This document shows, piece after piece, positions 52,235 to 64,000 of a DNA stretch of 64,000 nt (positions are counted from its first letter, which is position 1; every line of letters begins with the position of its first letter). The stretch lies in assembly GCF_036365525.1 (NCBI RefSeq), contig NC_090394.1, forward strand, positions 49,660,198 to 49,724,197, given 5' to 3'. The notes below the pieces were generated by a model. That model saw nothing but the letters and a program-made list of their open reading frames with translations, did no database searches and was not told the DNA's origin. Source of the DNA: Heterodontus francisci (Eukaryota). Made by a program: the position numbers and the translations under genes.

Positions 52235-52937
52235 CTTAGAATTGGCGGGCTTTTGATGGTGAACTGTGAACATTCACCGTCATTGCCCCTCTGAATCTGA
52301 CTGCAACCTCAGGATTTAGCGCAAGTGTAGACTAACATGGAAATCCTGAAGTTGCGTTCTATCATTCACTGCTCTGCCACAGGCTGTGTCAAGGACACCC
52401 GCCCAGAGCCGGCAAGCAGTGAAATCAATTGATCTGCTGAGAACTTTTCCTCTTCTGCTTTTAAATTGCTGTTTGATACCCCATCAAAATTTAAGCTTGT
52501 TCAGTGAAATGTTAAGGGGTTTTTAAACGGCGATCTGAGTAATAACTATGCTGAACAACCGATCTGGCCCTGAAAAAATAGTGGAATATTGTTACATTTC
52601 TCCATTATGATTAATTGCTGAAGTTTGCTGAGTTCGTGATGTTTCAGCTTTGACCTTAACCCCATGTGTATGTCCCAAACTTTATTTTGCTCTCTCTGCA
52701 AAATTTTTAAATAGTGATTTTATTAGTGTTTTTCATTTCCTGGTAGGCTGTATGTGAGAATTCTTTAATGTGATTGGCTGCTTGGACAGCTTGATGACTG
52801 AGAATCCCCACTTAATGCTATAGCCAATTGCACATCGAGAGAGACAAAGATCTCGCCACAAAGATCAATGGATCTCTTAGTGAGGCTTTTTTCAAGGTGA
52901 GTACCCTTGCTTTGCCATAGACGGCAAACTCTGGGCC
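52235..52937. mobile_element. Non-autonomous DNA transposon related to 58400-59099
   Basis: Ends GCAAACTCTGGGCC and shares internal motifs (gattggctgctt, ggaaatc). Confidence 0.5.
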
Positions 52938-54359
52938 ATTATGTTGATGGGGTAAGATGAAGTAAGGTGGGAGGAGGTTCGTGTGGAGTGTGGACACCAT
53001 CATGGATCTATTGGCCTGAATGGCTTGTTACTGTGCTCTAAATTCTGTGTAATGAGCTAGCCTAACTTGTAACAATTAGTGGCACATTAGGTGAAATGAC
53101 ACTAATGATGGGAATCTTACGGTTTTGGACACCAGATAATCATAACAAATTGTCTTTTACTTCTTTAACAGCGCTGAAAAATACAGAAAGGGTACCATAA
53201 CCTCATTCTAGAGAACACAATGACTTTAACGTGCTATCTCATTGAACATGTTCTGACTATACTGGAGCTTTTATATATTACTTGTTTAAGGAACCGTCTT
53301 TGAATAGTAATCACATAATGTCTGGACAGTAGTCTGAATATTGTGTTACCAGATTGGAATATTGTCTCCTTTATTCCATACGAAGACTATTTGATTTAAT
53401 ATCCTCTTCCAGACTGTAAGTTCTGTTAGATCCTGAGGACCCAATAATAAAAGAAGTGAGTCCCTGTTTGGCTCATGATATTTCCAGAAGTTGCTGCTAT
53501 TTTCTTGTACTGGAACAACTGAACTTGATATGGAGTGATTAGTCCATTAAAGGTATAACTGGCATTGCTTGGGGGTAATTATGCTGTAACTACAATTTGC
53601 ACTTGTGTTTTTGAGCAAGCTGATATTTCTGTCCATTTACAGTTAAAACATTGACAGGTCAAGTGAGTTAGACAATTTTGAGGAAATGTGTAAATTTGTG
53701 GTTGGAACTTTCAGAATTCTGTTAACAAGAATCAAACTGACTGCATTAGACCCTATCTGCTTCTATTCTGAATCTGTCTAGAAGAGCTATAGTAAGCTTG
53801 TGTGTGAACTAGGTCATACAAATGTCATTTGCAGTCTAGATCCTTTTCTCATTTTGCAAATATATTTGCTGAAATTGTAGATGAATTTACTTACCGGTTA
53901 AAGAAAATTGCTTTAAAACAATAATGTTTCCATTGGGATCAAAGAAAATATTAGTTATAAAAAAAGAGGCTCATAGTAGATCTTATAATGAGGCTGCACC
54001 AAAGTCCCAGGTGCAGCATATACTGTGAACCCTCAAGGGTTTTAACTAAAGCGTCCTGACCGAGCTTCTTTAAAGGATTGGGTAAGGAATATTCTTATCA
54101 AGATGTAGGCATGTTTTTGATGCAAAGGAAGACCAGATTACATACAAATCTAGTGTTCAGCCGAGTGCCTGAGGGAATGCACATCCCAGCAGGAAATTGC
54201 GAAGAAAATATGATTGCGAAAGTGTCTGCTGATTGTGGTAATTCAGTTAACTTCAGCTGGGCGAGTTTGGTTCCCATGAGCTAGATATGGCAAAAAAAGG
54301 TATGGTTCTGAATCCTTATCTTGTGGGTTTAGTCAAACATGTAGATCTAGATGTAGATG

Positions 54360-54463
54360 TAGTTCCGAAGAAGGGTCACTGACCCGAAACGTTAACTCTG
54401 CTTCTCTTTCCACAGATGCTGCCAGACCTGCTGAGTGAATCCAGCATTTCTTGTGTTTGTGTT
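54360..54463 (+). mobile_element. ~100-bp hammerhead-bearing PLE-end mini-element
   Basis: AGTT-CCGAAGA-A-GGGTC-ACT-GACCC-GAAA-CGTT-AACT with a perfect stem II. GATGTAGAT at 54350-54358 and 54464-54472. Confidence 0.8.
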
Positions 54464-54894
54464 GATGTAGATCTATAAACTGCTTTTATGCACCAGGATG
54501 TAGACAGAAGCAAACTCCCCACATTAATTGCATAATTAAGACAGAAGAGAGATTGGATTACATTTTTAGGATTCATGCTGCAGCCTGACAAACATGCACA
54601 AGCATAGCCAATATAACACAGCATTTTGTCACAATACGTGGGCTCCTCAGAGTAGGTGTAAGAACTTTAATTGTTGATTGATTCACTGCATCTTTGATTC
54701 CGATTTTCAATTACTGCTTTCATACTGACAAGTTTATTTTGATGGAAAATTCTAAGCAAATAAGACTAACAAGTTACATAAGCATTTTGGAAATAATCAC
54801 TTGGATGTCTTGGTGCTGAACATGTGTTGCAGTAGTTTCCTGGTGCATGTTTAACTCCATCATTTGCAAAGTTCAGTATCAGTTGAATAAGAAT

Positions 54895-55340
54895 GAAGAA
54901 AAAAAGCATTACTATAGCACCTTTCAAGATCATGGGACATCTCAAAGCGCTTCACAGCCAATGAAGTCTTTTTGAAGTGTAATCACTGTTGTGAAACACA
55001 ACAGCCAATTTACACATTGCAAGCTTCCACAAACAGCAATGTGATAATGACCAGATAATCTGTTTTCTGTGATGTTGATTGAGGGATAAATATTGGCCAG
55101 GACATTGGAGTAACTCCCCTTGATTTTCAGAACAGTGCCATGGCATCTTACACATCCACCTGAGAGGGCAGACAGGGCCTTAGTTTAGCATCTCATCCGA
55201 AAGACGGCACTTCAAACAGTCTAGCACTCCCTCAGTGCTGCACTGGAGTGTCAGCCTTGATTTTTGTGCTCAAGTCTTGGCCTGGGACTTGAACCCGCTA
55301 CCTTGTGACTTGGAGGAGAGTACGACCAACTGAGCCATGC
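54895..55340 (-). mobile_element. DeuSINE (SacSINE1-like)
   Basis: Reverse complement of the 47330-47730 family (catctcatccgaaagacggcac; gggacttgaaccc B box). Confidence 0.8.
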
Positions 55341-56342
55341 AACAGACGGACATGGGCTGCCATTTTCTTCTCTTCTCACTTTTTCACCTTTGTGTTACTT
55401 GCAATGTAATTGGCAGTAGTAAATTCACATGGCGCTCATTTATGGCTTTAAGTGAAGATAAGATTGCGTTCAGCTGTGATGTTCTCTACATCTGGATAAT
55501 CTATTGGTATTTGTTGACAACTCTTGTGTGAATAATTTCCCTTTGGGGAGGGTACCACAGAGCATCTGTGGAATGTATGCATTTAGGTTGAGAAGGGTAA
55601 AAAAAAATTACAGGGGTAAGTAACTGAATATAGGAAAATATTAAGATGATTGTGTATATGTGTAATATAGACAAAGTCTGTAATACCTCTTTGCAGGAAG
55701 GGAGGGGAAAGCTGAACTTGGTAACGAAAGACCAGTTAGTCTAATGTCATTGCAGGCATTTTATCAAAATCCATAATTTGAAATCAAATTAGTGAGCATT
55801 TAGAGATGCATGTGATAGGAACAGGTGTATGACATTCAGCCCCTTGAGCCTGTTCCTCCATTCAGTTAAATTATGGCTAATCTATATGTTTCAACTCCAG
55901 TTACTCACTTTTGCTTCATATCAATTACCCCTCTAAATTTTCTTTTGTGTGCGGCCTTTAAATTTGTTCACATGGCCGCTCATGTGCAGTAGTTTAAAAA
56001 GGCAAGCTTGTGAGTGACCTGCACAGTACATTCAGGATTGCTGCATGGCCGCGCATGCATGCAGCACAGAAAGAACATTGCTCTATATTCCTTGATACCT
56101 TCAGAGAATAAAACTATATCCATCTCAGTCTTGAAAATTTCAATAGTCCCAGCATCAACAGCATTTGGGAAAGTGTTTCATATTTTCACGACCGTTTGTG
56201 TGAAAGTGATTTCTGATTTTACTCCTCAAAGGCCTGTTGTAATTTTGAGATTGTGCCCTTTATGCAGGATCCCCCAGCTGAGGAAATGGTTTCTCTGTAT
56301 CTACCCTATAAAATTCTGTATCATTTTAAAGACCTTGCTTAG

Positions 56343-56670
56343 TAAAGGCCTGCTATCTGACGGGACCTGACGACATGTGTCGGGTCCAGCTTTTGGGCTC
56401 GAGCTGAGTCCTCCGGTCGGACACACACTGTACTCCACAGACTCTGAGTCTGCGCAGTGAGCGTCTCTATGGCATCATCGCCCTCCTGCTGCAGCAGTGC
56501 AGCTTTCTTCCATTCCATCCATACAAAAGTGGTAAGTACAGTGAGTGCACTATGGTCGGGTCGGGCGTGGGGAAAATTGGAAGGACTCTGGCCGGGTTGA
56601 GCTCGCTTCTGATGTGGTTCTGTTGGGTTCGGGTCGGGGGTTTTTTTTTCCAGACCTGAGCAGGCCTTTA
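56343..56670. mobile_element. hAT-type MITE
   Basis: Perfect 12-bp TIR TAAAGGCCTGCT/AGCAGGCCTTTA, 8-bp TSD TTGCTTAG/TCGCTTAG, subterminal TCGGG repeats. Confidence 0.82.
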
Positions 56671-56851
56671 TCGCTTAGATCATCCATAAACCTTCTAAAC
56701 CCAAGAGAATGCAAACCATGATTTTGCAGCCTGTTCTCAAAATTTAACATTTTAAGCCGCAGCGTCATTCTAGTTCATCTGCATTGCACCCCCTCCAAGT
56801 CCATGTCACCTTTCATGAGGTTTGGCGCGAAACTGAATCCATTACTCCAGA

Positions 56852-56972
56852 CAAAATCAACATACTGTGTTTGCTGGAAATCTGAAATAAAACCACAAAA
56901 TGTTGGAAATACTCAGGTCTGGCAGCATCTGTGGAGAGAGAAACAAGTTTCAGGTCGCTGCCCTTTCATGAG
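56852..56972 (-). mobile_element. PLE-end mini-element with degenerate hammerhead motif
   Basis: TSD TACTCCAGA at 56843-56851 and 56973-56981; core reads CTCATGA...GAAAC on the minus strand. Confidence 0.75.
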
Positions 56973-56999
56973 TACTCCAGATGTGGTCTAAGCAAAATT

Positions 57000-58146
57000 C
57001 TACCCTCACCCCTTCCCTTCCCTCCCAGAACCGTGACAGGGTTCCCCTTGTCCTCACTTTCCACCCCATCAGCCTCCATATCCAAAGGATCATCCTCTGC
57101 CATTTCCGCCACCTCCAGCGTGATGCCACGACCAAACGCATCTTCCCCTCCCTTCCCCTGTCAGCATTCCGAAGGGATCGTTCCCTCCGCGATACCCTGG
57201 TCCACTCCTCCATTACCCCCACCACCTCGTCTCCATCCCATGGCACCTTCCCCTGCAATCGCAGGAGGTGTAATACCTGCCCATTTACCTCCTCTCTCTT
57301 CACTATCCCAGGCCCCAAACACTCCTTTCAGGTGAAGCAGCGATTTACTTGTACCTCTTTCAATGTAGTATACTGTATTCGCTGCTCACAATGTGGTCTC
57401 CTCTACATTGAGGAGACCAAACGCAGACTGGGTGACCGCTTTGCAGAATACCTCCGCTCAGTCCGCAAGCAGGACCCTGAGCTTCTGGTTGCTTGCCATT
57501 TCAGCACTCGCCCCTGCTCTCATGCTCACATCTCTATCCTGGGCTTGCTGCAGTGTTCCAGTGAACATCAACGCAAGCTCGAGGAACAGCATCTCATTTT
57601 CCGATTAGGCACACTACAGCCTTCCGGACTGAACATTGAGTTCAATAATTTCAGAGCATGACGGGCCCCTCATTTTACTTTTATTTTTAGTTATTTTTCT
57701 TTTTTCTTCCTTTTTTTTACATTTTTTACAATTTTTTTTCTTTTGTTTATTTCATTTCATTGTAGTTTGTTCAGTTTGCTTACCCACTGTTTTTTTTCAT
57801 GTTTGTACTTGCTGCTGTTCAATCTTCAGTTCGTTAACATCTTATCTGTACTAATGCTTTGTCTTTCAACACACCATTAACATATTGTTTGCCTTTGCTC
57901 CATGACCTCTTGGTCAGCTATGTGGCCTTGTCCAATCTACACCTCCTTTGTTATCTCTTGCCCCACCCCCGGCTCACTTGCTTATAATCTTTGACATTTC
58001 TAATATTTGCTAGTTCCGAAGAAGGGTCACTGACCTGAAACGTTAACTCTGCTCTTTCCACAGATGCTGCCAGACCTGCTGAGTGGTTCCAGCATTTCTT
58101 GTTTTTATTTCAGATTTCCAGCATCTGCAGTATTTTGCTTTTATAT
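57000..58146 (+). mobile_element. Penelope-like element 3' portion with open GIY-YIG frame and hammerhead motif (58012-58048)
   Basis: ORF 56981-57661: GTFPCNRRRCNTC, NVVYCIRCSQCGLLYIEETKRRL, GLN. AAAATT flanks both ends. Confidence 0.9.
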
Positions 58147-58399
58147 AAAATTTTATATGAACATTTTGTATAACTTCATCTCTTTTGTATTCCAACCTCT
58201 TTGAAATAAAGGCAAACATTCCATTAGCCTTTCTACTTACTTTTTGTATGCATGCATTAGCTTTTAGTAAACTGTGCACATGAACAGTTCCACAGTTCCA
58301 GTCTCTCAAGATTGAGAACATATTTTGATTTGTCTTTCTTGGATCTGACGTGGCTGACCCCACATTGATTGTCATCTGCCATAGTTTCACCCACTTAAT

Positions 58400-59099
58400 G
58401 GCCCAGATTTTTCTGTTGATATAATGGTGAGGCTCTCAGTGCTCAATGTTATTAAAGAGTAAACAGGACAGCAACTTTTGGCATTCACATGTGTGTTGTT
58501 AAACGTGGAAATCAGGAATTTGCCCTGCTCCTCCACAAACTTGCTACACCAATACCTTGCCAAGGGATTCGGCAATCAAACATATGAAGGGAGTTGCGGT
58601 ACTTAGCCACTTGATGACCACTAGCCAAAGTTGGGTCTTACCCATTCAGGTGTAAATGAATTTTTAATGGAGTGGTAAATGTTAAAGACTACCAAACAAT
58701 CTCTGGCACTGAACATTTGCTTTTACAACTGTGAAGTTTCATTCTTTCAAATTTTAATTATTTTGGAGATTCATTTTTTTTTTTAACTTTGTCTCTTTTA
58801 TTTCTCAATCCCATTTTTGTTCCCTTTATTTCACTTTCTGTACATGATTTTACATTGAATTAAATATTCTAACTTACACTTGCTAGTTTATATTTGTGTC
58901 TTCGTAAGCATTCTTCAATCTGGTTGGTTGCTTTTCCTGTTCGCACAGGTCTCAGATAACCTGGAGAGGGTGCCACCCTGTATCGGACTCCTGATGACCG
59001 TAAGTTGCTGCATAACAGTCCACAAAATGTTTGTGGGAAGCTGTAAGCGTAATGAACGGCGAGCATCTTCCGTTCACCGCTGACTGCAGAATCTTGGCC
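58400..59099. mobile_element. Non-autonomous DNA transposon, PIF/Harbinger-like
   Basis: Imperfect TIRs GGCCCAGATTTT / AGAATCTTGGCC with 3-bp TSD AAT at 58397-58399 and 59100-59102. Confidence 0.65.
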
Positions 59100-59127
59100 A
59101 ATTTGTCTACTTTTTAACTTTTTTTTT

Positions 59128-60674
59128 TAGAACATTACAGCGCAGTACAGGCCCTTCGGCCCTCGATGTTGCGCCGACCTGTGAAACCATCTGACCTACA
59201 CTATTCCATTTTCATCCATATGTCTATCCAATGACCACTTAAATGCCCTTAAAGTTGGCGAATCTACTACTGCTGCAGGCAGGGCATTCCACGCCCTTAC
59301 TACTCTCTGAGTAAAGAAACTACCTCTGACATCTGTCCTATATCTATCACCCCTCAACTTGAAGCTATGTCCCCTCGTGTTTGCCATCACCATCCGAGGA
59401 AAAAGACGCTCACTATCCACCCTATCTAACCCTCTGATTATCTTATATGCCTCTATTAAGTCACCTCTCCTCCTCCTTCTCTCCAACGAAAACAACCTCA
59501 AGTCCCTCAGCCTTTCCTCGTAAGACCTTCTCTCCATACCAGGCAACATCCTAGTAAATCTCCTCTGCACCCTTTCCATAGCTTCCACATCCTTCCTATA
59601 ATGCGGTGACCAGAACTGCACGCAATACTCCAGGTGCGGTCTCACCAGAGTTTTGTACAGCTGCAGCATGACCTCGTGGCTCCGAAACTCGATCCCCCTA
59701 CTAATAAAAGCTAACACACCATATGCCTTCTTAACAGCCCTATTAACCTGGGTAGCAACCTTCAGGGATTTATGCACCTGGACACCAAGATCTCTCTGTT
59801 CATCTACACTACCAAGAATCTTCCCATTAGCCCAGTACTCTGCATTCCTGTTACTCCTTCCAAAGTGAATCACCTCACACTTTTCCGCATTAAACTCCAT
59901 TTGCCATCTCTCAGCCCAGCTCTGCAGCCTATCTATGTCCCTCTGTACCCTACAACATCCTTCGGCACTATCCACAACTCCACCGACCTTAGTGTCATCC
60001 GCAACTTTACTAACCCACCCTTCTACACCCTCTTCCAGGTCATTTATAAAAATGACAAACAGCAGTGGCCCCAAAACAGATCCTTGCAGTACACCACTAG
60101 TAACTAAACTCCAGGATGAACATTTGCCATCAACCACCACCCTCTGTCTTCTTTCAGCTAGCCAATTTCTGATCCAAAGCTCTAAATCGCCTTCAACCCC
60201 ATACTTCCGTATTTTCTGCAATAGCCTACCGTGGGGACCCTTATCAAACGCCTTACTGAAATCCATATACACCACATCCACTGCTTTACCCTCATCCACC
60301 TGTTTGGTCACCTTCTCGAAAAACTCAATAAGGTTTGTGAGGCACGACCTACCCGTCACAAAACCGTGCTGACTATCTCTAATGAACTTATTCTTTTCAA
60401 GATGATTATAAATCCTGTCTCTTATAACCTTTTCCAACATTTTACCCACAACCGAAGTAAGGCTCACAGGTCTATAATTACCAGGGCTGTCTCTACTCCC
60501 CTTCTTGAACAAGGGGACAACATTTGCTATCCTCCAGTCTTCCGGCACTATTCCTGTCGACAATGACGACATAAAGATCAAGGACAAAGGCTCTGCAATC
60601 TCCTCCCTAGCTTCCCAGAGAATCCTAGGATAAATCCCATCTGGCCCAGGGGACTTATCTATTTTCACACTTTC
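59128..60674 (-). mobile_element. Young 5'-truncated CR1 LINE with uninterrupted 490-aa RT/C-terminal frame
   Basis: ORF 59196-60668: NYRPVSLTS, QHGF, YMDFSKAFD, QGSVLGP, VADD, FFTQRVV. Confidence 0.95.
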
Positions 60675-61358
60675 TGCTCCAAACTACTTACTATGCCTCC
60701 TAACTTAGTATCATCTGCAAAGTTGGATATATTTCATCTAATATGGTAAAAAGCTGTGACTCCAGTGGAGCTATTTTAAAAAAAAAAGTTTGAAAAATGT
60801 AATGGCTCTTGTGAAGAAGGGATGAACTTCCATTGATGAAAGGAATGCTGGAGATGTACTGTAAAAGGATTTAGTGTTAATAAATTTTTATAGGGCAATT
60901 GCTGAAGTGACTCACAGGTAGCTGTTAGAAAATTTCAAGTGTCTGATAAAGGAAGAGAGGTAGCAATATGGATAGAAATGAGTGAAGGATTGGCCTGTTG
61001 AGGCAGAGAGAATGGTGCACAGCTAATCAGTGAAATATGATCCAACCTCTTGAATTATTGAAGTCAAGAAGAACATTGCTCACAGCCAATTCCTGAACTT
61101 TTGTTAAATCAAGGTTCACTTTCTTGAGGCAGGCATATTTTCAGGTAAGAGTTATATAATAGGATGGCCAATCTTGTAAAGCACAAGAGGCAGAAAAAGA
61201 AATTATATGTTCATAGAGCTGTAATTTTGTGTTCACATCAAAAATGTCTGATTTCCATTGACTTTTGAAATTGCGCCAGTGTTACTAACTCATTTAATTT
61301 GTGTTGAAATCATATGCATCTGCTAAAATGATTTTGATTTTTTTTTTTACTGCTGTAG

Positions 61359-61433
61359 TTTTCCCAACCCAACTTTTTCCGTATCGAAAGGCTGATCACG
61401 GTGACTTTAGATGATGATACTGCACAGGACCAG
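61359..61433 (+). CDS. CLCN7: ClC-7 exon 2
   Basis: Poly-T tract...ctgtag| FSQPNFFRIERLITVTLDDDTAQDQ |gtaatt; 75 nt, phase 0-0; resembles LFRVGHMSSVELDDE of ClC-7. Confidence 0.8.
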
Positions 61434-62046
61434 GTAATTACTTTATAAACTTTTTTGTGTGCATCTGAGAATTGTTGCAACTTTGCATATATGTAGTAAT
61501 ATAGCATTTGCAGTGAATTTTTAATACTGCATAAGGGATTTTCATGGTTCTTAATTATTTTTTGATTACACTTTTCATTTTCAAGAAGTTTCAGACTATT
61601 TTTCATTTGGATAATGGGAACTATGTGTAGCATTGTTCCAATAGCACTTGCGCAGACCTTTTTATTTCCCGAATGCTTCGTCAACTTCTAATCATTGGAC
61701 ACTAGAGCTTGGCACATGGTCTGCATGTCTGGTGTTTCAAGAGTGCAAATTGTGGGAAATGTAGTTTGGGCCATGTTTTCCTCATTTGCATGGAATCATT
61801 GTTCATTCGCCCACATATGAATAGGGTCTGTTTGCCTCAACTGACCTGGCCACTCAAAAATGATGGGGAGAGAAACACATTCCTGAGTAACTTTCTGCCG
61901 CCTGCTGGCCTACATGCATTGAAAAATTGGTTATGGGTGGTGAGAAACCTAGGTCATAGTCACTGCTCTCTTTCTTTTTGTAATGTAGGTGGTAAACTTT
62001 AAACAAAACATTGCACTCTGTACTAAAAAGTGCTTTTCTCCCTTAG

Positions 62047-62118
62047 GATGGAGATCCATCTACTTATGTTTCCAAGGAAATTCCACATAATGAAAATCTT
62101 CTTTCACTTAAGTATGAG
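62047..62118 (+). CDS. CLCN7: ClC-7 exon 3
   Basis: cttttctcccttag| DGDPSTYVSKEIPHNENLLSLKYE |gtaatt; 72 nt; matches KEIPHNEKLLSLKYE of ClC-7. Confidence 0.93.
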
Positions 62119-63211
62119 GTAATTGACACTATTGATCTTTTTACGTAAATCCATTCACATTGTATGTATTGAGTTAGCTCGGTGACAGTAATAAAAGGGT
62201 TAATCCTTACTCTGGCATACCTCCATCTACCGCAGGAATAAACCCAAATTGATGGTTGGGAAAATCACAAGGACTTGTACTCTTTAAGATGTTTTGATGC
62301 TGATTCTGTGCCATCCACATAACACTTCTTGCTTGGACTGCAGAAGAACCAGCTCCATCACTTTCCCCCCCACAACGGAGGCAGAGCGCATATTACACAG
62401 TTAATAGCTTTGTATCAGTGTGCTTTTAAATATCACCCAGGGCGTATCTCCTGTGTAATGTGGTTGAAGCTTCCCTTCAAAGAATGAAGAAAATTCAAAG
62501 TAGGTAATTATCTTGGGTTTTAGAGATCACAAATTATTCAAGCTTTGTCCTTAAGACACATGTCTACTAAGTTCCTTGACTTGCAAGTTCCAGATATCTA
62601 TTCTTCATTCTGCATTATTACACATTGCAGGAGTGTCTCCGAGCTTGATATGCTCTGAGGAAAGTGTGCACTTTCTAAATTCTGCATATTCCTTAAAACC
62701 AAAGAGACATGCCAAATTAATACACACTTAGGAAGGGAAGACCCTTGTGTATAAATTCTCATATCTTTTGAAGAATGATCTGCCAAAGTTAAATCTAGAT
62801 AATGATTTTTAATCAATTTGTGATATTCGCTTTCTATGACAAACTTGCAGATACTCATTTGAATTTGAGATATGCTCAGGAAGAAGCAGTGGGATCACTT
62901 TATGTTCTTCCCTGAACGATGGTAATATAGGGTGTACTCCAGCATCCATTTGACTTCCCAATTAGTTTCTGGTTCACTATAGATTTTCATGAGTGTGCTC
63001 AGCGCATGGTCTTCCCAAAATCTATTAAGTTAAATTATGCTCAAGGAGGCAGTGCATATAATTGGAAGAATATTTAAAAAATATATAATATAGGTTCTTT
63101 AATATCAAGTAGAACTTGACATAGTGTCTAAATCTTTTACGAAAATACATTAGCTAGTGAGGACAGGAGTAAGAAAAAAATAATGGCAGTAAGGGGCAAT
63201 ACAAATTACTA

Positions 63212-63662
63212 AGGCCAGAATTTTATGCCCCCCCCACCCCCCGCCTAACCCTGGAATGAGCTAAGAGGGGAGCTGGGGTGCATAAAATAGGGTGGGATGG
63301 CAAGGGGTGTCGTGCTTGTTGCTGCCGGTATTTACTCCTTTTCTTCCCCGCCCCATGCTGATTGGACAGGGTGAGCCTCAACCCCACTTGGCTATTCTTC
63401 AGCCTCCATCGCTGCTGGGTCTGGGAGCCTGTTGCAGTCGCAGCAGTGGCCACCGTTCCCAGTGATCTTGCTGGGACTGATGAGCTGCCAGTTCTCTGGC
63501 CGACAGCTTAGAGGTGGGATATCCTGCCTGAGGGGGCAGAAGCCACAATGTCCGGCAATTAATTGCCTTTGCCAGGCAGAATAGTGTCATGGCTTCCAGG
63601 GCCGGCAGAGATGGGCTCACCACCAACTTTCCAGCCAGTGGGCTCTCGCTAAATCCCTGCCA
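63212..63662. mobile_element. GC-rich MITE-like element
   Basis: Starts AGGCCAGAATTTTATGCCCCCC; similar to 50580-51159 (gcataaaat, agcagtggccacc). Confidence 0.55.
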
Positions 63663-64000
63663 AAGATTTAAGGGTTCACAAATGAAAGGAAAATGTACAT
63701 TCAATCTGTGAATTTTTTCAAGGCTGTTGCCTCCTGTTGGTATTTGAATTGCATTTACAAACTTGCACCACATTTTTACATTGGTGTGTACTGTAACAGC
63801 ATAATATTTCAGCAAATATTTGTGCTTTGTATCACCATATACTCTTATCAATGATAGTCAGCCTGAAGATCCTGGGTCAGAAAGTGTTCTTTTAATTTAA
63901 GGTTTATAAACTTTTGGTGACATTTATCCAAAAAGTAAAAAAAAAAATGGCCACTGCTTCAGGCTATCATTGACAAGAATATATAATAATATGGACTTTT

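Larger units (their letters stand above)
55805..58399 (-). mobile_element. Old CR1 LINE fragment interrupted by several later insertions
   Basis: Tail at about 55810. CR1 sequence resumes between the inserts (56080-56342, 56671-56851, 56973-56999, 58147-58399). Confidence 0.6.

Overview
AT-rich, repeat-dense vertebrate genomic DNA, most likely from a cartilaginous fish: it carries HE1-type V-SINEs, DeuSINE/SacSINE1-like elements and abundant CR1 LINEs. Three spliced protein-coding genes can be read by hand. (1) The first two coding exons of a mitochondrial enoyl-CoA delta-isomerase (ECI1-like) on the minus strand, 6347->2268, continuing out of the window. (2) A complete three-exon PTX4 long pentraxin on the plus strand, 20164-27442, 455 aa. 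(3) The first three coding exons of CLCN7 on the plus strand, 43291-62118, continuing out of the window. Nearly all other ORFs in the track come from retroelements: CR1, a Zenon-like CR1-clade LINE, RTE, L2, Penelope-like elements (PLEs), SINEs, a solo LTR, hAT- and Harbinger-like MITEs, and a 29-bp minisatellite. The most notable structures are a 4.4-kb head-to-head PLE inverted repeat with one 12-bp TSD just upstream of ECI1; minimal hammerhead-ribozyme motifs in PLE ends that also occur as ~100-140 bp mini-elements with their own TSDs; a 5'-inverted RTE element; a triple-nested LINE stack; and an unexplained ~240-bp inverted repeat in CLCN7 intron 1. Gene and family names come from recalled sequence motifs, not database searches. 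No CRISPR or prokaryote-type system is present.
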